Positions 16,898-26,955 of a stretch of 64,000 bases of DNA are shown piece by piece (the first letter of the stretch is position 1; the number at the start of each line of letters is the position of its first letter). The notes under the pieces were generated by a model. That model was not told the origin of the DNA. It saw only the letters and a list, made by a program, of their open reading frames with translations, and did no database searches. The translations under genes and the position numbers were made by a program. The DNA comes from Bacteroidota bacterium (GTDB lineage Bacteria; Bacteroidota; Ignavibacteria; Kryptoniales; JAKASW01): positions 59,444-123,443 of the forward strand of contig JAJYIT010000007.1 in NCBI GenBank assembly GCA_021789975.1, written 5' to 3'.

Positions 16898-18397
16898 ATG
16901 TCTTATTCGATTGCCAAATCGCTATTCAAGAACACTGCTACGATGATGGCTGCCCAGATCGTAACTTGGGTCTGCGGGCTCATCACTTTCATACTTATAC
17001 CGCGCTTTTTAGGCAGCGCCGCATACGGAAGAGTCTACCTGGCATTATCGATCCAGATGATACTGAGCAGCCTGATCGACTATGGTGCGAGCTTCCTCAT
17101 TACGAAGGAGATTTCCCGAGACAGATCGAATGCTTCGGGCACCATGAGCCATGCGGTAGTCCTGAGAACTTTCCTATGGGTGTTATCGGTTTTTCTTGCT
17201 TACCTGATCTGCGTAGTCGCACATTACCCACCGTCTGTTACTGTGCTCGTCATGATATTGGCTGTCGCAAATGCCTGGGTGAACATGACAAAGCTTTTGC
17301 GATATTGCTACCTCGGATTTGAGGAAATAAAGTACCCATCTGTTGGCGCAGTGGTCGAGCGAGGGTTCATGATGGTTTCGGTGACGGTTGCCCTGCTCCT
17401 CGGTGCTAAAGAAGAAGTGGTTGTCATACTTATCGCCATCAGCACACTAATGAGTTTCGCAATTTCCGTGAAGTATTCCAGGAGCATGTTCAAGCTGAAT
17501 CTTTCCGTACATCTCGAGACTTTCAGGAGAATGATCCGGTCCGGCGTCCCATACTTCCTATGGGCTATCTTCGGAATAATCTATTTTAGGATAGACGCGG
17601 TTTTGCTTTCTCTTTTTGCGCCCGACTCAGTTGTCGGTTGGTATGGAGCGGCTTACCGATTCTTCGATGTGCTCATGTTCCTGCCGTCCATATTCACTCA
17701 GGCACTTTACCCTATTGTTACACGATTGAGCAAGGATGAACCGGAATCCATGGTCACAACAACGCGGAGAAGCATAGAGCTGTTATTTCTCACCTCCCTA
17801 CCGATCGCCATAGGGATGATATTGTTTGCCAGGCCTATAGTTCAGTTGCTTCTCGGGCTGCCGGCTTTTGAACCCTCGATTTCGGTTTTACAGCTCCTTT
17901 CTTTTGGGACCGTTTTAGTATATGTAGACTTTGTTCTCGGGAATTCAGTGATGGCGTTGGATAAACAGAAGACCTGGGCTCTGGTCGGATTCGCGGCTAT
18001 GATTTTGAATGTTGGTCTTAACTTGATCTTAATCAAACATTTTCAATCTTTGATTGGAAACGGCGGAGTAGGTTCGGCGATAGCCACGGACCTCACTGAG
18101 CTTTTCGTCATGCTTTCTGCTGCCGCACTCATGCCGAGAAAACTTTTCAACGCGAGCCTGTGGAAGGTGGTAGCAAAAGGGGTCTTGTCGGGATCGGTGA
18201 TGGTGCTTCTCATCTTCGGCGGCATGGAAATAGGTATTCCATGGGCGCTTCTTGCCGTCTTCAGCATCATTGTTTATGGGGGCATACTCGTCGTGATCGG
18301 AGCTGTAGACCAAAGAGTTCTGGAGTTTCTGACAAATACGATCTCGGCGAGGGGCATCAGGAGATTCTTGGCAGAAAGGCGGGGAGCAAACGCATGA
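16898..18397 (+). CDS. wzx: Wzx flippase
   Basis: PRFLGSAAYG, RIDAVLL, VGWYGAAYR, LYPIVTR, NVGLNLILI...GSAIAT; many TM segments. Confidence 0.9.
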   Translation: MSYSIAKSLFKNTATMMAAQIVTWVCGLITFILIPRFLGSAAYGRVYLALSIQMILSSLIDYGASFLITKEISRDRSNASGTMSHAVVLRTFLWVLSVFLAYLICVVAHYPPSVTVLVMILAVANAWVNMTKLLRYCYLGFEEIKYPSVGAVVERGFMMVSVTVALLLGAKEEVVVILIAISTLMSFAISVKYSRSMFKLNLSVHLETFRRMIRSGVPYFLWAIFGIIYFRIDAVLLSLFAPDSVVGWYGAAYRFFDVLMFLPSIFTQALYPIVTRLSKDEPESMVTTTRRSIELLFLTSLPIAIGMILFARPIVQLLLGLPAFEPSISVLQLLSFGTVLVYVDFVLGNSVMALDKQKTWALVGFAAMILNVGLNLILIKHFQSLIGNGGVGSAIATDLTELFVMLSAAALMPRKLFNASLWKVVAKGVLSGSVMVLLIFGGMEIGIPWALLAVFSIIVYGGILVVIGAVDQRVLEFLTNTISARGIRRFLAERRGANA

Positions 18398-19650
18398 AGA
18401 TTCTTCACCTCGCTCCATATTCCCCAGTCCCTCCAATTTTCGGCGGAGCTCTCAGAGTTTATCATATACTCAAGGGACTGTCCCGTCACCATGATGTCAC
18501 GTTTATGACAATAGGCACCGACGAAGACAGGAAGCTCCTCAACTCGCACTTTGGAGAGACGGTCAGAAAGATTCACGTGATCCCGTCGGTTGGCACCCCA
18601 TTCATGCGGCCGTGGAAACTTGTAACGGGAGCAATACTCCACGGCAGAAGCATGATGTTGCAGAATGCATGGGACAATAACGTCAAAGACGCCCTGGAAA
18701 GATTGTTGAAGAGAGAGAAATTCGACATTCAACTGGCTGAGTTTCCAGGGATGGCGCAGTTTGACGCGCCGAGCGATACCGTTACAATTCTCGATGAGCA
18801 TAACGTCGAATTCAGTAACCTTGAACGGATGTATAAAGGCGCCCATTTCCCGCCCCGCAGACTTCTCTACTATCGAGAATTCCGCAAACTTCAGCATGAT
18901 GAACTAGAAGTCTGCAAACGTGTAGATTCGATTTTCGCCACATCAGAAAACGATGCGAGGCTGCTGGACCAGATGCTGCCCAATAAGCCAAAGTATGTAA
19001 TACCTAACGGTGTCGACACAAGCTATTTTGTGCCGTCAGATATGAGCCTCGAGCCGTACTCGATGGTTTTCACCGGGACTATGGACTATTTCCCGAACCA
19101 CGACGCGATGAAATATTTTATCGACTCGATATTTCCGATTGTGAAAAAGCACTTCCCACAAGCCAAAATATATGTCGTCGGGAAGAATCCGGATCTGAGC
19201 CTAAAGCGCCGGGCAAGTAGGGATATCATTGTCACCGGTTATGTCTCTGACGTGAGACCGTATGCTCTCAAGGCCTCCGTTTATGTGGTTCCTCTCAGGA
19301 TGGGAAGCGGAACTCGGTTGAAGATCCTGGAAGCTCTCGCGATGAAGAAAGCCGTCGTAACCACGACCATCGGTTGCGAAGGAATAGATGTCGAAGACGG
19401 AGTTAATGTAGATGTGGCAGACAGCCCTTCCTCTTTCGCTGAAAGAATAATAGATCTCTTCAATAATAGAAAACGCGCCACAGAGCTTGGTGAGCGCGGT
19501 TATCAACTGGTAAGGGAGCGATATGACTGGAAGGTAGTCGAGAACCAGATGGAGGCAGCAATAAGCGCGGTTGTCGAGCGAAGAACCAGTTCCGCGCTCT
19601 CAGTTACCAATGCACCCGCGAGGGGGGGAGAAAATTACAATGACGCTTAG
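18394..19650 (+). CDS. Glycosyltransferase family 4
   Basis: MKILHLAPY..GGALRVY, DEHNVE, VIPNGVD, FTGTMDYFPN, GSGTRLKILEALA; start ATG 18394 overlaps the wzx stop (ATGA). Confidence 0.9.
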   Translation: MKILHLAPYSPVPPIFGGALRVYHILKGLSRHHDVTFMTIGTDEDRKLLNSHFGETVRKIHVIPSVGTPFMRPWKLVTGAILHGRSMMLQNAWDNNVKDALERLLKREKFDIQLAEFPGMAQFDAPSDTVTILDEHNVEFSNLERMYKGAHFPPRRLLYYREFRKLQHDELEVCKRVDSIFATSENDARLLDQMLPNKPKYVIPNGVDTSYFVPSDMSLEPYSMVFTGTMDYFPNHDAMKYFIDSIFPIVKKHFPQAKIYVVGKNPDLSLKRRASRDIIVTGYVSDVRPYALKASVYVVPLRMGSGTRLKILEALAMKKAVVTTTIGCEGIDVEDGVNVDVADSPSSFAERIIDLFNNRKRATELGERGYQLVRERYDWKVVENQMEAAISAVVERRTSSALSVTNAPARGGENYNDA

Positions 19651-20443
19651 AGATAGTGTGACTCAGACAGACTCAAAAACCGCGGTCAAAGTCCTTATGT
19701 ACCATCGAGTCGTCGGAGACCAGGACCACACACCTGGTTATGCCTGGACTGTTTCGCAGTCACAGCTTCGAAGACAACTTGAGATGTTGGACAAGTGGGG
19801 ACACACATGTATCAGTTTCCAGGACTATTCCCTGGCAAGAATTGGCAAGCTCACCTTGCCACGAAAACCTGTTATCCTGACATTTGATGACGGATATGAC
19901 GACGTGTACCGATTTGCTCTACCGATCCTGAAGGAATTCGGAGTCAGGGGAACAATATTCTTACTTGGGGACCGTCACGTAAAATCCAATTCCTGGGAAG
20001 ACGAGCCACTCAGGGGCGCGCAGCTCCTTAACGAGGGACAAATCCGAGAGATGTACGAGGCGGGCTTCGAAATAGGATCACATTCATTGACACACGCGTG
20101 TCTGACAAAACTGTCGCGAGATGGAGCATGGGAAGAAATCTCCACCTCCAAAATGAGATTGGAGGAACTCCTCGACGGACCGATCACCGTATTCGCGTAT
20201 CCCTTCGGCGCAGTCAGCCCCGAGCTTGAGAGAATGGTGAGAAGTGCCGGCTATGACTACGGGTGCGGGTCTTATACTGGACCTCCGAGATTCGAGGAAA
20301 ATCTTTTCAACATAAGGCGAATACCGATTACAAGTTCGACAAAGGCGGTTGATTTTGCAGTAAAGATGCTTACTCCATACGAATACTATGCATGGCTGAG
20401 ATGGAAGACGCACAAGAGCCTGATGCCTTCCGTCTCAAGATAG
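19640..20443 (+). CDS. Polysaccharide deacetylase (CE4, IcaB/NodB-like)
   Basis: VLMYHRV, LTFDDGY, IGSHSLTH, FAYPFG; start ATG 19640. Confidence 0.92.
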   Translation: MTLRDSVTQTDSKTAVKVLMYHRVVGDQDHTPGYAWTVSQSQLRRQLEMLDKWGHTCISFQDYSLARIGKLTLPRKPVILTFDDGYDDVYRFALPILKEFGVRGTIFLLGDRHVKSNSWEDEPLRGAQLLNEGQIREMYEAGFEIGSHSLTHACLTKLSRDGAWEEISTSKMRLEELLDGPITVFAYPFGAVSPELERMVRSAGYDYGCGSYTGPPRFEENLFNIRRIPITSSTKAVDFAVKMLTPYEYYAWLRWKTHKSLMPSVSR

Positions 20444-20479
20444 CGATGTAATAGGCAGGGAGGAAAGGAGACTCTGTCA

Positions 20480-21889
20480 ATGAATACGCAAATATACGAG
20501 GCGACCGAAGTTCTCGCTGTTGAGACTCAAAACGAATCCCCATTTATAAGCACGGAGATTACAACCGAGGAAAGCGCCTTCCTCTCGTTGGCTGCTGACT
20601 GGGACAAGCTTGCAGCCAGGTCATCGGCAACATTCTTTCAAACCTTCGACTGGCAATTCCTCTGGTGGAAACATTTCGGAAGGCGAACGCATCACCATCT
20701 CCTGATCGTACAGGTAAGAGAAGGCGGGCGCCTCATAGGGCTCGCCCCTTTTTTCCTTCAGACACATACTTTGTTGGGATTCAGGATATTCAGACAACTT
20801 AAGCTCCTTGGATCGGGCCTAATGTCGGAGTACTCACCTATTCTATCGCTCGAAAAAGAAGGCCCGGCAGACTATCTGGATATAATTGCAGAAACTGGAT
20901 ATGAAGATTCAGTTGCAACGAAGATCGCGGAATTCCTGACTGAGAACAATTACCTGTGGGACGAAGTAGACCTTCAGGATCTCCCTGAAGACGGATTCAT
21001 AATCAGTCATTTGTTGCCGCGTCTTCGGCCTTCCGAATTTGAGGTCACGAAGTCGGCAAGCGATGTCTGCCCGAAAGTTAATCTCCCGGATTCCATCGAC
21101 CAGTATCTCGCATCACTGCGTACCAACATCAAAAGAAGTTTTCGCCGTGCTTACAGGACTTACGTCGAGAGTTCCGATTTCAATATTGAGCATTTAGGGC
21201 CAGATGGAAATACGGAGAGTGCCTTCCAGGCTCTGACGCAATTACACCAGAAACGGTGGAACAGCATAGGTTACCCCGGTCTTTTCGCAGATAAGCGCTT
21301 TGCCGCGATGCAGCACGATTTGATCAAGGCATTAAGCGGACGGGATAGATTGTGGATCATGGTCCTGCGCCATCAGGAGAAACCGGTCGCAGCCCGCCTC
21401 GGCTTCGCATTCAACGGAAGGTTCTACGATTATCTGAGCGGCATCGAACAAGACAACACCCGCCCCGGGATGCACCAGTACTCCGGGGCAGGGATGGCAT
21501 TGATCTTTACATCTATGGACCGAGCATTGAAAAGCGGTGCTCACGTGTTTGATCTTCTCCGGGGAGACGAAGCTTACAAATTTGATTTGGCAACTGATGT
21601 ACCAAATAATTACCGCGCCACGATCGTATCTAAGATGGCTCGCAGGAGAAAGTGGAAGCTTTTCTATCGCATTCATTCTGCAGGATACGCCTATTCAATG
21701 AGGGTTGTCTGCGAATCCGCGATCTTTAGAGTGATCGCAGGTGAAAACGGAACCGGCAATGCCGTTCCGAAATATCTATCGCATTTGTTCAGGCGAATGA
21801 CAAGATCCCGATCCTACGCATCCGCTTCAGTCAAGAGCCCCAAACGGACTGTGACACGGGACTCGAACGAGAAAAATAGCGATGCTTAA
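20480..21889 (+). CDS. CelD/BcsL-family GNAT (Acetyltransf_6) protein
   Basis: FFQTFDWQFLWWKHF, LIGLAPF, ADYLDII, LHQKRW, FDLLRGDEAYK. Confidence 0.88.
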   Translation: MNTQIYEATEVLAVETQNESPFISTEITTEESAFLSLAADWDKLAARSSATFFQTFDWQFLWWKHFGRRTHHHLLIVQVREGGRLIGLAPFFLQTHTLLGFRIFRQLKLLGSGLMSEYSPILSLEKEGPADYLDIIAETGYEDSVATKIAEFLTENNYLWDEVDLQDLPEDGFIISHLLPRLRPSEFEVTKSASDVCPKVNLPDSIDQYLASLRTNIKRSFRRAYRTYVESSDFNIEHLGPDGNTESAFQALTQLHQKRWNSIGYPGLFADKRFAAMQHDLIKALSGRDRLWIMVLRHQEKPVAARLGFAFNGRFYDYLSGIEQDNTRPGMHQYSGAGMALIFTSMDRALKSGAHVFDLLRGDEAYKFDLATDVPNNYRATIVSKMARRRKWKLFYRIHSAGYAYSMRVVCESAIFRVIAGENGTGNAVPKYLSHLFRRMTRSRSYASASVKSPKRTVTRDSNEKNSDA

Positions 21890-22772
21890 CAATCTCAGGA
21901 AGAGAGTGGTACATACGATCGCATCGAGACATATCGCGGGACGCGAAATAGGAGACGCCCTTCGTGTTTGCCGATGGGCACAGACGAACGCATACCGTGT
22001 GATACTTTCTCCGTGGCGGTCTCCTGATGATTCGGCAAAGAATATGATCGCGAGATACAAAGAAGCCATGCGCGTCATCTCAGATGAAAGGCTCGACGGC
22101 TACGTGTCACTTAAACTGAATGCAATCGATAGCGACATGGGAATGTTCCGCGAACTGGTAAGTATGGCACGGTCTGCAAATGTCAGGCTCCACCTCGACT
22201 CTCTCGGCCCCGATTCTGCGAATGCCAGCTTCGAATTCCTGGAAGACGCGGTGTCTGACTATCGAAATATCGGAACGACTCTCCCTGCCCGATGGAGACG
22301 CAGCCTTGAAGATGCAGACAGAGTTTATGAGCTCGGAATCCCGGTCAGGATAGTCAAGGGACAATGGCCGGACCTTGACGATCCAAGACTAGATTGCCGT
22401 AAGAACTATTTAGACATTGCACATAGATTTGCCGGCAGGGGAATCCATGTGGGCATAGCGACGCACGATTACTCACTCGCCTCCAGGACTTCGTCTTTGT
22501 TCAAAGAGTCTGGGACTTCATTTGAGCTGGAGCAATTTTTCAGTCTGCCGCTTAACACGAGCTCTCTCGCGAATAGGATTGGTTGCGGGTACCGGCTCTA
22601 TGTCGCTTACGGATACCCCGAGGTACCATACAACGTCCGATTTGGAATTTCGCGTCCGGGGATAATCGGCTGGGTAGTAAAAGATTTTGCAGTAAGAAAC
22701 AGAAAACCGTGGGAGAAATCTCCGTCATCCATTCATGAGGTAGCCGATACAACTGACCGAACCGTCTCTTAA
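21882..22772 (+). CDS. Proline-dehydrogenase-fold flavoprotein (divergent)
   Basis: RHIAG, YVSLKL, RLHLD, VRIVKG, IATHD, LYVAYG match monofunctional PRODH motifs; overlaps the upstream GNAT stop. Confidence 0.75.
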   Translation: MLNNLRKRVVHTIASRHIAGREIGDALRVCRWAQTNAYRVILSPWRSPDDSAKNMIARYKEAMRVISDERLDGYVSLKLNAIDSDMGMFRELVSMARSANVRLHLDSLGPDSANASFEFLEDAVSDYRNIGTTLPARWRRSLEDADRVYELGIPVRIVKGQWPDLDDPRLDCRKNYLDIAHRFAGRGIHVGIATHDYSLASRTSSLFKESGTSFELEQFFSLPLNTSSLANRIGCGYRLYVAYGYPEVPYNVRFGISRPGIIGWVVKDFAVRNRKPWEKSPSSIHEVADTTDRTVS

Positions 22773-22915
22773 TTAGGGAAAATTGACATGGACTTTACTT
22801 CCCGGCGAGATCGGATTGTCGCCGAAAGCTGACTGTTCTGGACATTGATACTCGTACACGACTAACACTTATGAATGGTGATATTATGGTTAAGTAAATA
22901 GATAGCATTGAAGAG

Positions 22916-24001
22916 ATGGATTTCCTGATCGACAGATGGACTGAGCTGGAAAAGAGATTCGGTTCTCCGGTTATGAGCCCAGAATGGTTTCGCGCGGGGG
23001 CCGCGACGCTATGCCCTCCATATGACTTAAAGCTCGCAGTGAGAGAGAAAGATGGAGCGCTGGACGGGGTAGCCCCCATCGGGAGACTGAAGCACTTCAT
23101 GAGCAGACTTGAGGTCCTCGGAACTACTCTCCTGACCGAAGAGGGCGGGTTCCTCTATTCGAATACCGACGCGCTCATGGAGATGGTTGAGGCAATTATT
23201 CAGTTGGACAAACCCGTGTTCCTGCGGCGGGTGAGGATGTACTCTGAAGAGGCAAAAATCTGGGAAAAGGAAATTTGCGCGAGGGGTTTGCGTTGCCTGG
23301 TCCGGGAAGAACGGCTTCCGTGGGTGGCAGTCCGCAGCGATTGGAAGAGTTTCGAGAAACAACAAATATCGTCGAGCCGGAGATCTATCTTCAGAAGACT
23401 GCAACGGTTGGCAGAACAGAAAGGTGAATTCAAGTTCGAAGCTGTTGTTCCCACCTTTGAGAATCTGGATCAATACCTGGACGAAGCGTTCGAGGTCGAA
23501 GTCTCTAACTGGAAGGCCCGACGGCGAACTGCAATGAAGTATAACGAAAGGCTGGGCGGCTTCTTCCGCGAATATGCCAGGCTTGCTACGGAATCGGGCG
23601 AGCTCAGGTTGTTTTTTCTACGAGTCAACGAGGAGCCGATTGCGGTCGAACTCACGACTTTACATGGCAACAGGATCTGGATACTTAAGATTGGACACAA
23701 CGAGGCATGGTGGAGGTGCTCTCCCGGAATTCTCCTAATGCATAACGTAATCAGGTTTTGCTTCGAGAATGGCCTTGAAGGCTGCGAGTTCGGCGGAACT
23801 GATGAACCATGGCTTCACATTTGGGCCAACGAGTCCCATAGCGCTTGGACCTACAGAATATATCCGGGTTCGGTTAAAGGCATGTTTCAACTCGGCGTTG
23901 ATCTCCTTCAGTTAACAGGTGGAAAGATACACACAGTGGCAGCCACACTAAAAGCTAGAAAGAATTCGCACAATGAAACCGGTCAGGCACAAAACAATTA
24001 G
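22916..24001 (+). CDS. CelD/BcsL-family GNAT (Acetyltransf_6) protein; probable true start at 22871/22886 is interrupted by an in-frame TAA at 22895-22897
   Basis: SPEWF, GVAPI, EVEVSNWK, LRLFFLRVN, KIGHNEAW.RCSPGILL, EFGGTDEPW; the upstream in-frame MNGDIMVK*IDSIEEM aligns with the N-termini of the two paralogs. Confidence 0.8.
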   Translation: MDFLIDRWTELEKRFGSPVMSPEWFRAGAATLCPPYDLKLAVREKDGALDGVAPIGRLKHFMSRLEVLGTTLLTEEGGFLYSNTDALMEMVEAIIQLDKPVFLRRVRMYSEEAKIWEKEICARGLRCLVREERLPWVAVRSDWKSFEKQQISSSRRSIFRRLQRLAEQKGEFKFEAVVPTFENLDQYLDEAFEVEVSNWKARRRTAMKYNERLGGFFREYARLATESGELRLFFLRVNEEPIAVELTTLHGNRIWILKIGHNEAWWRCSPGILLMHNVIRFCFENGLEGCEFGGTDEPWLHIWANESHSAWTYRIYPGSVKGMFQLGVDLLQLTGGKIHTVAATLKARKNSHNETGQAQNN

Positions 24002-24232
24002 AGACAGGTCATGAGCATGGTCAAAAGCTTTAGAAAAGATTCTCTTTTGATGAACGCTTCAGTACATTATTTGGAACAAATACTTCCCGGTGGCTCATCT
24101 AGATATCGGTGTGCCACCGATTGTTCGCAGCCGACCTGCTTAGAAGTCAAAAGAATACCAGGGACACGTCCCAAACGGTCTGAGTAGACTTGGAGATAAT
24201 CCTGAATAAGATTCCGGAATTGAATTAGACGT

Positions 24233-25453
24233 ATGAAAATTATCATCACACTGGTGGATATGCTATTTCTTGTTCCACTTGTCTTTTTCTCATTGTATCT
24301 GTCGATGCTGACGCTCCTTGCCTTGTTCAGAAAGGTCAGGCAATTCGACCGAAAGCCTGCCAATTACAGGAGATTCGCAGTATTAGTCCCTGCTCACGAT
24401 GAAGAGGCCGTGATTGAACAGACGGTTGCCAGTCTGAAGGAAATAGATTATCCGGGGGACAAATTTGATATACTCGTCATCGCCGACAACTGCACCGACA
24501 GGACTGCAGGAATATCACGGGCGATGGGGGCGAAGGTGTTCGAGAGATTTGATCAGGTCAAAAAAGGGAAAGGGTTTGCATTAAGGTGGTGCCTCGACCA
24601 GATACTAGCCTCCGTGCCACATTATGATGGATTTGTTGTCGTTGACGCAGACACGGTCGTTTCCAAGAACTTTCTGAGCGTGATGAACCACTACCTTTAT
24701 GAAGGAGCAGAATGCATACAGAGCAGCGATATGGTGGTTCCACAACCTGGTTCCTGGAGCCCGGAGATGACGCGGGTGGCGTTCATACTTCATAATTATG
24801 TCAGACCGCTCGGAAAGCTTACGCTCGGCTGCAGCTCCGGGTTGAACGGCAACGGAATGTGCTTTTCACGGAAGCTGATCGAGACTATGCCATGGAACGC
24901 TTACTCAAGAGTAGAAGATCTTGAGCACTCCCTTCAACTTGCAATCGACAACATTAGGGTTCAATTTGCTCCCGAGGCAGTTGTGCGAGCGATCATGCCG
25001 AGCGATTCGAAAAACGCAGAGACACAACGGAGAAGATGGGAGATGGGACGCTTTCCACTCATCTTGAAGTATACAAAACCTCTTATCTTGGAGGCGTTTC
25101 GCAAAAGATCCATCATGATCCTCGACATGCTCGTCGAGCTCGTCACACCGGCCTTCCTCAACATATTTCTGCTTACCTTGATAATGACAGGGGTTAACAT
25201 GGGAGCGCTCCTCATCGGAGCATCGTGGCTTTTTCCGATTGCGGCTATCTGGACCGTGGCATTGCTCCTTGAAATATTCCATGTACTTGGGGGGCTTAAA
25301 GCGGCGCGGGCGGACAGAGGAACTTACCTTGTTCTTATGAAGCTTCCGAAATATGCCGCCTGGAAGCTCGGTTTATATTTCAAGACATGGCTCAGAGGCG
25401 ATGAAAAACAGTGGGTGAGAACGGCAAGGGACGGCACGAATTCTAAGCATTAG
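24233..25453 (+). CDS. Glycosyltransferase family 2 (cellulose synthase/PNAG-like, membrane-anchored)
   Basis: VPAHDEE, ADNCTD, GKGFAL, VDAD, GNGM, VEDLE, QRRRW, WVRT. Confidence 0.92.
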   Translation: MKIIITLVDMLFLVPLVFFSLYLSMLTLLALFRKVRQFDRKPANYRRFAVLVPAHDEEAVIEQTVASLKEIDYPGDKFDILVIADNCTDRTAGISRAMGAKVFERFDQVKKGKGFALRWCLDQILASVPHYDGFVVVDADTVVSKNFLSVMNHYLYEGAECIQSSDMVVPQPGSWSPEMTRVAFILHNYVRPLGKLTLGCSSGLNGNGMCFSRKLIETMPWNAYSRVEDLEHSLQLAIDNIRVQFAPEAVVRAIMPSDSKNAETQRRRWEMGRFPLILKYTKPLILEAFRKRSIMILDMLVELVTPAFLNIFLLTLIMTGVNMGALLIGASWLFPIAAIWTVALLLEIFHVLGGLKAARADRGTYLVLMKLPKYAAWKLGLYFKTWLRGDEKQWVRTARDGTNSKH

Positions 25454-26585
25454 TCCGATTAGCTCTCCTTCGCTCGTTTTCCACCGTGTCGATCACAATA
25501 TTCTTGATGTTATCTACAAACTGATCCCAGGTGAATTTCTCCTCTATCCTCTTCCTTCCTTCCCTTCCCATCTCTTCTGCGACCGCAGGATTTTCCCATA
25601 GATACTTAATAGCTTCTCTCAGGGCGACCGGATCTCCCTGAGGTACGAAAATGCCGGTCTTACCATCGATGATAACATCGACCTGACCTTTTGTACGCGA
25701 GCAGATCACGGCCTTACCCATCGCCATCGCCTCAAGAATAGCCGTAAGACCGTTATCTGAGTCTGTCGGCAGTAGCGGAGTTACGACGAATCGGGAACGC
25801 GCGTACAGGTTGCGAAGCTCATTCATCGGGACTAGTCCGACAGTGAGATTTGGCGGCAGTTCAGGCTCGCGATAGATGGCTTTGACCGTATCCTGAAGAA
25901 ACCCGCGCGTCATTCCGGCTGCGATGTGGCATTTTATATCAAGGCCGCGCATCGCTTTTATCAGGGTCGGATAGTCGCGCATTTCGACACCCACAGAACA
26001 AATCCGATCGGTTTCACGCGGCATCGGGCGGAAGAATTTGTGATCTACGTAGTAGGTTATGAACCTGATTTTTTCGGGTGGAATGCCCAGATGGTTTATG
26101 GCAAAGTCGCGATGAGTTGAAGTCCATAAGATCATCGTCGAAATATGCGAGTGGACTCGCTTTAGTATCGCTGCCTTCCTGGGTTTGGAAATCCAGAACA
26201 TCAAGGCAACATGCGGGAACTTCGTGTGGGTAAGTTTCAGGAGTGAAGCAAACAGAAGCCCGTTTTTATCCGACCATGATATGACGACATCGAATTTCTT
26301 CCTGACAAGGTAAGTCTCGATAGCCATGGAGATTGAGGCCGGAAGTATCTTGTAGATTCCTCTGCGCCACCATGGAGACTTGGACAGAGACGTTTCGTCC
26401 AGCGTCACCGTCTTCAGTGTGCGCTCGTACAGCGAACTCCGCGGAAGCTCATCGCTTTGTTCTTTGTCCGGGTCGTTCCGTCTTATCCCGCTGGAAACTA
26501 AGGTCAAGGACCGGATGCCGTGCATGACATTCTTTTCGTTGGCATTCACCGATGCCTTGTCTCCGGAATCTACCTGCATAGTCAT
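25443..26585 (-). CDS. Glycosyltransferase family 4
   Basis: VDHKFF, SVGVEMRDYPTL, GLTAILEAMAMGKAVI, TGIFVPQGD. Confidence 0.9.
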   Translation of the reverse strand: MTMQVDSGDKASVNANEKNVMHGIRSLTLVSSGIRRNDPDKEQSDELPRSSLYERTLKTVTLDETSLSKSPWWRRGIYKILPASISMAIETYLVRKKFDVVISWSDKNGLLFASLLKLTHTKFPHVALMFWISKPRKAAILKRVHSHISTMILWTSTHRDFAINHLGIPPEKIRFITYYVDHKFFRPMPRETDRICSVGVEMRDYPTLIKAMRGLDIKCHIAAGMTRGFLQDTVKAIYREPELPPNLTVGLVPMNELRNLYARSRFVVTPLLPTDSDNGLTAILEAMAMGKAVICSRTKGQVDVIIDGKTGIFVPQGDPVALREAIKYLWENPAVAEEMGREGRKRIEEKFTWDQFVDNIKNIVIDTVENERRRANRTNA

Positions 26586-26955
26586 AGCTCACATTTCTGC
26601 TTTCATTGCATCTTCAACCGGCGGCGGGACTACAACTTCATAATCAACGAGCATTTTCGGACTGGAGTTCCGCTAAACCCAAGTCAATCCGGAGAATCGC
26701 GTAGAATGGTTTGATTTCAGTCCTATGACTCATTTGAAATTTAATGGAGATTGAGTAGACTATCAAGTCGTTATGAATCGCGTTCATGGAACACAAGGAG
26801 AGGTATTTTCAACATGGAGACATGGAGTTCACCGAGAAGAGCAAACTTATAGAATCTTTTTGTGCTTAGGGCTTTCACGGTTGATCCTGTTGATTTCGGC
26901 CGTGCCGAATTAGGAATTAATGAATACCCGGTGATGTTACTGCTAATGTAAGCAG

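Noticed and set aside
4337-22897. Stop-codon reassignment (TAA read as sense) suggested by single in-frame TAAs in PhyH and the second GNAT
   Set aside because: Many intact genes in the window end at TAA at their expected C-termini (e.g. 15042, 22772, T9SS protein at 48214, nagB at 37399), and long genes contain no internal TAA. Point mutation or sequencing error is more parsimonious. TAA is also not a Sec or Pyl codon.
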